Source of the DNA: Candidatus Marinacidobacterales bacterium
GTDB taxonomy: Bacteria > Acidobacteriota > Vicinamibacteria > Marinacidobacterales > DATDRI01
Reading direction: 5' to 3'
Length of the DNA stretch: 64,000 nucleotides
NCBI GenBank assembly: GCA_965226495.1
Contig: OZ245365.1
Location: forward strand, 1,952,001 to 2,016,000
Shown here one piece after another: positions 41,336 through 51,071 of this stretch; the first letter of the stretch is position 1, and each line of letters starts with the position of its first letter. Below the pieces are notes generated by a model that worked only from the letters and a program-made list of their open reading frames with translations, had not been told where the DNA came from and ran no database searches. The position numbers and the translations under genes are program-made.

Positions 41336-42280
41336 ATGACCAAGAAGGCAGTTGTCGCTATCGGCGGGAATGCACTGATCCGCCCTGACCAAGCGGGAAC
41401 TATCCCTGAGCAAAGGGCGAACGCCGAAATGGCCCTTCGAAACCTCGTTCCGCTCGTCGAACAAGGGTTTCACTTGATACTCACCCACGGCAACGGCCCT
41501 CAGGTCGGCAATCGTCTGCTGAGAGTAGAAATTTCCGCGGCCCAAGTAGAGCCATTGACGCTCGAACAGTGCGTCGCAGATTCCGAAGGCGGAATGGGTT
41601 TCATGCTGCAGCAGGTCATGGGCAATGTGCTCCGGGAACGGGGAATCGATCGACCGGTAGGAACGGTCGTGACTCAAGTCGTCGTAAACTCCGACGACCC
41701 GGCCTTCGATCACCCGACGAAGCCGATTGGGTTTTTCTACCGTAAAGAGCTTGCGGAAGTACTGCGAGCGCAGAAAGGGTGGACTTTGATCGAGGAACCC
41801 GGCCGCGGCTACCGACGGGTCGTCGCTTCGCCTCTCCCGCAACGGATCGTCGAGCTCCCGGTCATCCGCGCCCTGGTAGATGCGGGAGTCATCGTGATAG
41901 CTGCGGGAGGAGGGGGCATACCGGTCGTGATGGATGAGGGCGGGACGATTCGGGGAGTCGAAGCGGTCATCGACAAGGATCGCGCCTCCAGCTTGCTGGC
42001 CAAGGAAATTGGAGCCGACCTGTTCTTGATCGCGACGGGGGTCGAAAGAGTGTTTCTCAAGTACGGCGAGCCCGACGAGCGGCCTCTGGCCGAGGTCAGC
42101 GTGGATGAAGTCGAAGCTTATTTGAAGGAAGGGCACTTCCCGGCGGGCAGCATGGGGCCCAAGACCGAGGCGGCCATCGATTATCTGCGCGGAGGAGGTC
42201 GCGAAGTGTTGATCGCGGATATAGCGTGCGTTCAACGCGCGCTTCGCGGCGAGGGCGGAACCCGAATCTTGCCGGCATAG
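41336..42280 (+). CDS. arcC: Carbamate kinase
   Basis: VAIGGNAL, THGNGPQVG, PTKPIG, YRRVVASP, GGGGIPV, EAVIDKD, GSMGPK. Confidence 0.95.
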   Translation: MTKKAVVAIGGNALIRPDQAGTIPEQRANAEMALRNLVPLVEQGFHLILTHGNGPQVGNRLLRVEISAAQVEPLTLEQCVADSEGGMGFMLQQVMGNVLRERGIDRPVGTVVTQVVVNSDDPAFDHPTKPIGFFYRKELAEVLRAQKGWTLIEEPGRGYRRVVASPLPQRIVELPVIRALVDAGVIVIAAGGGGIPVVMDEGGTIRGVEAVIDKDRASSLLAKEIGADLFLIATGVERVFLKYGEPDERPLAEVSVDEVEAYLKEGHFPAGSMGPKTEAAIDYLRGGGREVLIADIACVQRALRGEGGTRILPA

Positions 42281-42418
42281 CGCTTTTCTTTTTTTTGCTT
42301 CTAGATTCTTCTTTTCATCGCTTGTCGCAAAATCCTTCAAGTTTTTTCTCGACCTGCCCCAAGATATTGGGTAGAATCTCGCACCATAAACTAGATCTTG
42401 GGGGTACGGAGGTGAATC

Positions 42419-42958
42419 TTGTCACGTGGCGATCTCCCAGTCTTGATCGAGGAAAACCGGATTCAACGCCGAGTGGGGCAGATGGCGGAGGAGATTGCCC
42501 GGGACTTCACCGGGAACGACCTGCATATGGTGGGCGTACTTCGAGGGGCTTACCAGTTCACCCAGGATCTCTCGACGAGGATCGGTCTCCCGCACACCGT
42601 GGACTACATCTCGGTAGCCAGCTACGGACAAGGAACGACATCCTCGGGACAGTTGCAGCTTCGCATGGATATGTCCAAGCCGGTGGTGGGGAAAGACGTT
42701 TTGCTCGTCGATGACATCGTAGACACCGGACTCACCTTGAGCTGGTTAGTAGATTACATGAGGACCCACAACCCCCGGTCCGTTCGCACGTGCTGCTTTT
42801 TGGACAAGCCGTCGCGACGGCAGGTGCCGGTTCCGACCGACTACATCGGATTTCCGATCGAGGATGTGTTCGTCGTCGGTTACGGGCTGGACTACCAGGA
42901 GAAGTATCGGGAGTTGCCGTTCATCTCGTGTGTTTCCCCGAAGGAGATTTTGGTCTAG
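42419..42958 (+). CDS. hpt: Hypoxanthine phosphoribosyltransferase (paralog 1)
   Basis: VLRGA, SYG, VLLVDDIVDTGLTL, DKP, FVVGYGLDY, YRELP. Confidence 0.9.
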   Translation: MSRGDLPVLIEENRIQRRVGQMAEEIARDFTGNDLHMVGVLRGAYQFTQDLSTRIGLPHTVDYISVASYGQGTTSSGQLQLRMDMSKPVVGKDVLLVDDIVDTGLTLSWLVDYMRTHNPRSVRTCCFLDKPSRRQVPVPTDYIGFPIEDVFVVGYGLDYQEKYRELPFISCVSPKEILV

Positions 42959-42974
42959 CCGCGCGCTTTGCCGG

Positions 42975-43847
42975 CTAAGCCGGCTTAGCCGGCTTAGAAC
43001 GACCCGCTTCTTGTAAGATTCGAATGCCTGCACTGGCGCCGATGCGCGTGGCCCCCGCCTCGACCATCTTAGTAGCGGTAGCAGCGTCTCTGACTCCACC
43101 CGCCGCCTTGACTCCAATCTTTTCCCCCACGACCTGACGCATCAAAGCCACATCTTCCACCGTCGCTCCGCCGGGGCCGAATCCTGTCGAGGTCTTGACG
43201 AAGTCGGCTCCCGCTGCCGCGGTCAACGTGCTCGCCTTGATCTTCTCCTCTTGGTTCAAAAGCGCCGCCTCGATGATGACCTTCGACAAAGCGCCGGCCT
43301 CCTGGCAACAGCAGACGACTCCCACGATGTCCGACTCGACCAGCTTGTAGTCCTTTGACTTCAAGGCGCCCACGTTGATAACCATATCGATTTCCGTCGC
43401 GCCATCGAAAAGAGCACGTCGCGTCTCGTAGATCTTGACGTCCGCGGTGTTGGCGCCTAGGGGGAACCCGACCACGGTACAGACACCTACCGGAGTACCC
43501 TTCAATAGGGAAGACGCGAGCCGAACCCAAGTCGGGTTCACGCACACGGTTGCGAATCCGTATTGTGCGGCTTCCTCGCATAGTTTCCGGATCTGGGTCT
43601 CGGTGGCATCGGGCTTGAGAAGGGTGTGGTCGATCATGCGCCCGAGCGATGTACCGTGATGCTCGGGATCGGCGTGGAGTCCCAGTCGTTCCGCACCGCC
43701 GTCAACGAGTCCGCGGATCACGTTGGGGCAGCGGCTGAGGCCAATCTCGTGACAGTGGCAGGTGCCTTCCGCTTCTATCTGCGCAAGGATGGCGCGGGTG
43801 ATGGACTCGGTTAGAGCGTCGAGTTCCTCTCGAGAGATCAAGGTCAA
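42975..43847 (-). CDS. deoC: Deoxyribose-phosphate aldolase with about 67-aa N-terminal extension
   Basis: IDHTLLKP, VVGFPLG, EIDMVIN, KVIIE, FVKTSTGF, VKAAGG, RIGAS. Confidence 0.95.
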   Translation of the reverse strand: MTLISREELDALTESITRAILAQIEAEGTCHCHEIGLSRCPNVIRGLVDGGAERLGLHADPEHHGTSLGRMIDHTLLKPDATETQIRKLCEEAAQYGFATVCVNPTWVRLASSLLKGTPVGVCTVVGFPLGANTADVKIYETRRALFDGATEIDMVINVGALKSKDYKLVESDIVGVVCCCQEAGALSKVIIEAALLNQEEKIKASTLTAAAGADFVKTSTGFGPGGATVEDVALMRQVVGEKIGVKAAGGVRDAATATKMVEAGATRIGASAGIRILQEAGRSKPAKPA

Positions 43848-44488
43848 ACTCCTCGGTAGTACTTTCGCTCAACTCGAACTATCTTGCGAACCCGTCGTCG
43901 GTGCCGCTCTTCGGTCATCTCGGAGGCCAGAAAAGCCTTCACCACCAGAGCCATCTTTTCCTTGGAGATCATTCGAGCTCCGAGCGTTAGAACGTTGGCG
44001 TCGTTGTGCTCGCGACTGTTGCGGGCGGTGGCTTCGTCAGGGCACGACGCCGCCCGAACACCGGGGACTTTGTTTGCAGTCATCGCCGAACCGATCCCCG
44101 CGCCGTCGACGACGATGCCGAGCTCCGCGTTCCCTACTGCTACCGCCAGAGCCACGGCGTGAGCGACGTCGGGATAGTCGACGGGCTCGGTGGAGTTGGT
44201 ACCGTAGTCGACGAAGCTTTCGCCCATTTCGGACAGAAGGGCCTTGACCGCCTCTTTCATTTCGTAACCGCCGTGATCGGATCCAACAGCGATTCGCCCC
44301 TTTTGAGCGGGCTTAGCTTGAGACTTACCTTCGCGAACGACGCGAATCTGCTTTTTTTCGATCCATTCGCGGGCGATGTCGGTAACGATGGCGCCCTTCG
44401 GCAAATCCAAGATGGCTCCATGCGGTAGAGACTGAACGTCCTCTCCCGTGATGAATCGACGGTTCTGCTTTTCTAAGGGAGGGGCCAT
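43844..44488 (-). CDS. rpiB: RpiB/LacA-family sugar-phosphate isomerase with about 64-aa N-terminal extension
   Basis: GSDHGG, DYPD, GIGSAMTANKVPGVRAA, REHNDANVL, RHRRRV. Confidence 0.9.
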   Translation of the reverse strand: MAPPLEKQNRRFITGEDVQSLPHGAILDLPKGAIVTDIAREWIEKKQIRVVREGKSQAKPAQKGRIAVGSDHGGYEMKEAVKALLSEMGESFVDYGTNSTEPVDYPDVAHAVALAVAVGNAELGIVVDGAGIGSAMTANKVPGVRAASCPDEATARNSREHNDANVLTLGARMISKEKMALVVKAFLASEMTEERHRRRVRKIVRVERKYYRGV

Positions 44489-44489
44489 C

Positions 44490-46039
44490 TCAGCGTGATG
44501 CGGCCGGAGAGCTCTCGCGGACGATGAATTCGGTCTCGGTCTCGGCTTGCTCGCCCGTCACTTCGTCGGTCACCCGCACCCTCAACGTATATTGTCCGGC
44601 CGAACACTTCCGGAGGGGAATGGATGCCGAGATGCCGGCGGGCTCGGAGGTGGGGAAGAGATGACTCGCCGGAACCCCCATGAAGAGTCGGCCGTATCTC
44701 ATGATGAAGAAGTCCACCTTGAGTCTCTGCTTGTCGTCGGGTCCCGGTGTCGCTCCGTACGCTTCTAGATACATGCTCAGGCTCTCGTCGGTTTGGAACG
44801 TTATGTCGAAACTGGGACGACTCGCACGGTCCCGAACTGAAAAGGGCTCGCCGTCGATAGCGTCGCTGGAACGAGGGCGCGGGCCAACACCAGGTTGCCC
44901 AGCGAGAGGGCCTGTTGTTGTGCGGGCGCGCGGACGTCCAGCGGTCGCTCCGAGCTTCCGATCTTGTTCTGCTCGTTGTCCCTTATCAAGGCCTGCAGTT
45001 TGTAGGCCCCGGGAGCGACTTCCAGTTTCTCCTCAATGAAGAGCTTGTGATTCGCGGCGTCGGCATACTGGCCCTTGGTCAAACTAAAAACGAGGTGATT
45101 CTGAATGATGGCCGCTTCCTCTCCCTCTCCATCGACTAGCCGAATCACATAGTCGAGATCGAAAACCATCTTTTCTGCGTCGAGCTGGGAAGCGAGCTCT
45201 TGGTAAGGGACAGCCAAACCCACTGGAACCGTCACCTTGCCGTTTTCGATGTGCTGGGCACCGGTGGCTACTCCGACCGACAGACGGGCAAAGGTCACCC
45301 TGGCGTCCACCACTTCACCCAACGGTTGCAAGGTGCGCTCCGGCCGTTGGATCTCTTGGAGCTGCTCTTGCAGATCGAACTCGTTCATGGTCAATTGAGT
45401 GGGGTCGGTCCCGTACTTCTCCCCGCCCGTCTGCAGATCTTCCACGCCACCCGTCTGCCGGCGCATGGCCCAGGCATGAAGTGGCGTCTCGGCTACTCCG
45501 AAGATGGTAGCCACCGGGGCCGATGTGTCGATGTCGGATACGATCTCGAACTCGCCGGTTCCCTTGAAATCGACGAACTTGATGTCGAGGCTTGGGGGTA
45601 TCTGGGGTATGTCGAGGTTGTTGTAGGTCCAGATCTCGGATGGCCGCTCGTATGCCGTGCGGCCCATCGGATTTTGCTGGATGGAGTGAGGCGGGCCCAG
45701 CAACAAGTAGATGCGGCCTCGATCCGTTGCCCACCCGGGCTTTCCCGCCGAGAAGGCTTTCGTCGCATAGAAGAACCGTTGGAAGTAATCGCGGCGATAC
45801 TCGTTCTCCGGCGTCGGGTCACGGCGCCGCCAAAACTGCTCGATGAAAAGCAGCCGCTCTTCATCGGTGGTCATGGCCTTGTACTGGTCGCGCTCCCCGT
45901 CGGTGATGATCCAGCGAATGTACTGATCCGACCACCGCTCGAGAAGTTTCGATAGCTCTTCGCCGCCGATCGTGTCGGGTACATGCGCGCCAACGCCTGG
46001 CGAAGCGAAGCTCAGAGCGAAAGTAAGGAGCAAAATCAT
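44490..46039 (-). CDS. GWxTD domain protein (single gene, frameshifted near 44815)
   Basis: WIITDGER, FIEQFWRRRDPTP, GWATDRGRIY..GPP. Adding one base at VVP joins 44801-46039 to 44490-44774 (VVPSFDITFQTDESLSMYLEAY), 516 aa. Confidence 0.85.
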
Positions 46040-46258
46040 CGAGGGATGGAGTTTATTTCCGACCGCGACGAGTGTCAAACAGCAACGAACAAAACCTTTC
46101 TTGTTCTCCAATCGGTGACATTGTATACAGTCGACCTCGGAATTAGTCTGATGCAAAGGGCGCTAATTTATCGTCAGACTTAGATCCAAACATTTCGAAC
46201 ACTGCTGATTCAGATGTCCGTACTTATCCACTCACGTGCATGCATCGAAGGGGGTCCT

Positions 46259-49231
46259 ATGTCTGTGAAACGCTGTCTTGAAGCGACGCTGGTGGTAGCG
46301 CTGCTGACATTCATTAGTACCCCGGCTCTTCCACAAGCCGGTGTGACCCTCGGTACCATCGAGGGTACGGTGCGCGACTCGACCGGCGGTGTACTCCCGG
46401 GTGCAACGGTCACGATTCGTAACATCGAGACCGGGTTCACTCGCGTTGTCGTCACGGCAGGAAACGGTCTCTTCCGAGCTCCGCTACTTCCGGTTGGTGA
46501 CTACGTGGCGACCATCGAGCTCGCCGGATTCAAGACCATGGTGCAGGAAGGCATCATTCTTTCGATCTCGGCGACGGTGACGCTGCCCAACCTCACCATG
46601 GAAGTGGCCACGGTAGAGGAAACCGTTACCGTCACGTCCGAATCGCCGATTGTGGAAACCAATCGAGGCGTGCAGTCGGCCACCATCCGAGACCAGGCCA
46701 TCTCCAGTCTGCCGACCAAATCGCGCGACTTCCAGGACATGGCAGTATTGACTCCCACCGTCATCAAGGAGTTCGATCGCGGCACGATCTCCATGGGGGG
46801 GCAGAAGGGCATCGACACCAACATCACGCTCGACGGTGCCGACTTCAACAATTCCTTCTTCGGCAACGCAGCGGGCAGCCCGAGTCCCAGCAGTTTGTCA
46901 TTGCCCAGGAGGCCGTCGAGGAGTTCCAGGCTTTGGCCAACGGTTACACCGCGGAGTTTGGCCGGGCCGGTGGCGGTATTTTGAACGTGGTCACCAAGTC
47001 GGGGACCAACGCGCTCAAAGGGAGCGCGTTCTACTTCGGCCGCGACCAGGCCCTAAAGGGCACGTTGACCAACTTCCGGGGTGGTGACATCCCAATACCG
47101 ACTTCAACCAGAAGCAATTCGGCGGAAGCGTCGGGGGGCCGATCGTGACCGATAAGGCGCACTATTTCTTTGCCCTCGAACGATCGAACTTGACGAATCC
47201 CTTCGAGGTCTTGTTCGATCGGCCCACCGCCGGCGTTTCGAACGTGGCGCGCTTCGGCATGCCAATTTCCGGAGTCGACCTCATCGCGGGGGAGCAAGGC
47301 CAGTTCGACAGCCAAACGAAGCTCTTGGCGATCCTCGGTAAAGTCGACTTTCAGATCAACGACAGCAATACATTCACCGTCCGTTACAACTTCAGCAAGT
47401 TCCAGGGTGTCAACTTCGGTGCGAGCACCGTCGACAGCGATGCGCTGGGCATGACCGAGGACACCAGCGATACGTCTAATTCGCTCGTCGCCTCCAACAC
47501 CACCGTCATCGGCACCAACAAGTTCAATGAGTTCCGGTTCCAGTACGCCATCGAGGATCGGCCGCGTCTGGGTACGTCCAACGAGGTACCCACAATGTCG
47601 AGATCCGGGACTGCTGCCAGTGGGTCGTCAGGGCTTTCTGCCGATTACGTCCGAGCACACGCGGATTCAGTTCTCGGACAATTTCACGTACCTGTTCGAG
47701 AGCCATGACTTGAAGGTCGGTGTCGACATGAACTTCACGAACGACAATCAGACCTTCATCGGCTTTTCCGGCGGCGAGTACGAGTTCAGCACGCTGGAGG
47801 ACTATCTGGCGGATCCGCAAGTCATTCGCAGCTTCCAACAGCGCGTGGGACTGAACGGCTTCACCACCGAGGAGTCCGGCACCATCGACTTCTGGCGGAG
47901 CGATATCGCTTTCTACGTCCAGGATAACTGGAGGCCGAGGCCCGACTTGAACGTCAATATAGGCCTGCGCTGGACGGGAACCAACAATCCTACCGTTCCA
48001 GAAATGGAGGGCGGAAAACTGGCCATAAACCCCGCGAATCCGGGCGGCGTCTTCGATCTCACACAGCACTTCATCCCCAACGACTACAACCAGTGGGCAC
48101 CGCGCCTCTTCGTCGCCTGGGATCCCCAAAACGATGGAAAGCAAGTCGTCTCCGTTTAGGCGGGGGCATCTTTTACTCCAAGACACCCGCGCTTCTGTTC
48201 GCCCAGATCTTCACCGACAACGGATACCGGCAGGGCATCGTGTTTCGGAACAACCCGGACCCCACCGAGTTGGTGTTCCCGAACATATTGCCGGAGGACG
48301 GGATCCCGGCGGATTCTCCCATCAATGATGAGCTTCCCCCCTCGACATCGCCATCTTCTCGCCCAACTATAGAAATCCGCAGGTGCAACGGTTCAACGTT
48401 GGCTATGAGAAGGAGTTGGCGCCGAACTTCTCGGTGGGTGTGGACTATGTCTATGCGCACTCCATCCGGCAGCAGCGACGGCGGGACATCAACCTGGACA
48501 ACCCCACCGAGTTCGATGAGCTCGGCAGGGGTCTCTTCGATGAAAACGATCGCCCCGACCCCAATTACCGCCGGTTCCCCTTCACCGAGTCGAATGCCAA
48601 TGGTCGCTACCAGGCGATCATCTTCCAGGTCAGGAGACGGGCCACCGGGAACATCCTCTTTCAATTCTTCTACACCTATTCGGTGAACAACTCCGAAGAC
48701 GACAACGAGCGGAGCGCCGGCGGGATTAACCCGTCACAGCCTGAGAACCTGGGGGTGGACTGGGGCGACTCCGATCGTGGCGTTCGGCATCGTTGGGTCT
48801 CCAACGTGGTGGTCGATCTGCCCGCCAACTTCAAAGTGGCGACAGGAATTGTTTACAACTCCGGCCGTCCCTTCAACGTGTTCTCGGGGAGGGATAACAA
48901 CGGTGACGATCGATTCAACGACCGGGCGTTTATCGACGACTCCAATCGACAGAGGGGCATCGACGCGGGCCAGGATTTACCCGACGGCCTCCAGCTCCGG
49001 AACAGCGCCCGGCAACCTAGGTTTTTCAAGATCGATATGCGTATTACCTGGTCCGCGGTATTCGGCGGCGGCGGCCACAATATCGATCTCATGTTGGATC
49101 TTTTCAACCTCACCAACGATGCGAATCGCTTTCAATCGGGCAACGACAGGTACGATCTGTCCACTTTCGGTGTGCTGAACCGGGTAGGAGACTCCTTCCA
49201 GGCGCAGTTCGGAGCTCGCTACCGCTTCTAG
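46259..49231 (+). CDS. Oar-like TonB-dependent receptor with N-terminal carboxypeptidase-regulatory-like domain (six apparent 1-bp deletions)
   Basis: GTVRDSTGGVLPGATV, LDGADFN, EAVEEFQ..NGYTAEFGR..NVVTKSGTN, QFGGSVGGP, YVQDNW..NIGLRW, QFGARYRF end. Restoring six bases gives 992 aa. Confidence 0.88.
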
Positions 49232-49250
49232 TCGTTCTTCTGCTTCGTTC

Positions 49251-49292
49251 TTGGCTGGCTCCGCCCTTGTGGCGGGGCCAGCCAATTTTTTT
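49251..49292 (+). terminator. Intrinsic terminator after the TonB receptor gene
   Basis: TTGGCTGGCTCCGCC-CTTGT-GGCGGGGCCAGCCAA stem followed by T7. Confidence 0.8.
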
Positions 49293-49336
49293 GGCGTGCC
49301 GGTTTACAAGCGGGGCGGGTGGAAGAAGCTGTTAGC

Positions 49337-51029
49337 GTGGAAATCTCAACCGTCCGCACAAACTTGCTCCTGCTGGTCTTGTTCGCGTCGGCAGTCTTGA
49401 CGTTCGCCTCGTCCCCGCCGCAGGGGAAACTGCGATTCGCCGAAATGGTCGATGCCTCAGGGATCACTTACCGAAACATAAGCGGCGACGCCGAAAAACG
49501 TTTCATTCACGGCTCCCTGGGAAGCGGAGCAGGGTTGATGGACTATGACCAGGACGGAGATCTCGATGTTTATTTCGTTAATGGCGCTGGACTCGATGGC
49601 ACCCGCATCGTCGAGGCTGGTCCCAACCGGCTATATCGCAATGAAGGTAATTGGTCCTTCCGCGACGTGACGGAACAAGCGGGAGTCGCTCACAGCGGCT
49701 GGGGCGTCGGTTGCACTGTGGGAGATTACGACAACGACGGCCTCAGTGATCTCTATGTCACCAATATCGGAGCCAACGTGCTCTTCAGAAAGCAAGGAGA
49801 TGGCACCTTCAGAAACGCAACCAACGAAACCGGTGTCGGCCACCCGGTGGGGAACGAGCAGCGCTTTCTTCGACGCCGATGGAAATCTCGATCTCTATGT
49901 GGCCAACTACGTCGATCCCGATCTAACCAAGCTTCCGCTACCGGGAACCGGCCCAACCTGCCGGTGGTTTCAGCTTGACGTGTTCTGCGGCCCGAAGGGA
50001 TTGATGGGTGCCACCGACGTGTTTTATCGAAACCGAGGCGATGGCTCCTTCGCCGATGCGACGCGCGAAGCCGGGTTCTTGGACTCGAAGGGCGCTTATG
50101 GTCTCGGTGTGGTCACTCTGGACTACGACGGAGACGACGATACCGACCTCTATGTCGCCAACGACTCGATGCCCAATTTCGTCTTCCGAAACGACGGTAA
50201 CGGCCATTTCCAAGAAGTGGGTTTACTCTCCGGCGCCGCCTACAATGCCTCCGGCTCGCCCGAGGCGGGAATGGGGGTCGACGTCGCGGACCTCGACGCT
50301 AACGGGCTTCCCGACATCTTCGTAACCAACTTCGCCAATGAGACCAATACGCTCTATTCCAACGAAGGAAACGGAATCTTCCTCGACCTTACTAGCGAGA
50401 CTAGCCTGGAAATGGCCAGCCTCCCGTTGCTCGGCTGGGCCACGCGGTTCGTAGACTTGGACAACGACGGGGATGAAGACCTCTTCGTCGCCAACGGCCA
50501 CGTATACCTCCAGATTGATGCGGGCGAGTATCGACAGCGAAACCAAGTCTTCTTGAACCAGGGGCAGAGAGAGTTCGTAGAAAGTGTCTTCGCGACCGGA
50601 GATGTCCTGGAGCAGAGAGCCTCTAGCCGAGGAGGAGCTTTCGGCGACATTGATAATGATGGGGACACCGACATCGTCATCATCAATATCGATGATATCC
50701 CGTCGCTCTTACAAAACGAGACCGGCGATCAGGGACATTGGATCGCCCTCCAGGTGGTGGGGACGACCAGCAATCGCGATGGTATCGGGGCGCGGATCGT
50801 TCTGACCACCGGCAACCGACGACAAACCAAGGAAATACATCCGTCCGGAAGCTTTCTCTCTTCGAGCGATCTCCGGCTCTACTTCGGTATGGGCGAATTC
50901 GCGAGGGCGGACGAGATCCGCATCATCTGGCCCCACGGCGACGAGCAGCGAATCCACGGGGCACCTGCCGGCCAGATTCTCTTGGTTGTGGAAGGCTGGG
51001 AGGATGCGGCACGCCCGCTAAAGCCTTAG
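49337..51029 (+). CDS. CRTAC1 / ASPIC-UnbV FG-GAP repeat protein (frameshifted near 49846)
   Basis: DYDQDGDLDVY, GDYDNDG, YVANDSMPN, AGMG, SRGGAFGDIDNDG, SNRDGIGAR. Two bases are missing relative to the GVxHxGW repeat. Confidence 0.85.
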
Positions 51030-51071
51030 AATTTCTTCTTTCATCCCCGCACCGTAGAATGCATTCGAACT

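Noticed and set aside
41336-42280. Arginine deiminase pathway
   Set aside because: No arcA, arcB or arcD in the window; the context is yqeC/xdhC.
41285-42340. 351-aa minus-strand ORF
   Set aside because: Antisense to carbamate kinase; no recognisable domain.
46259-49231. Programmed frameshifting or a split multi-gene receptor
   Set aside because: Six same-direction single-base losses with no slippery heptamers; sequencing error is far simpler.
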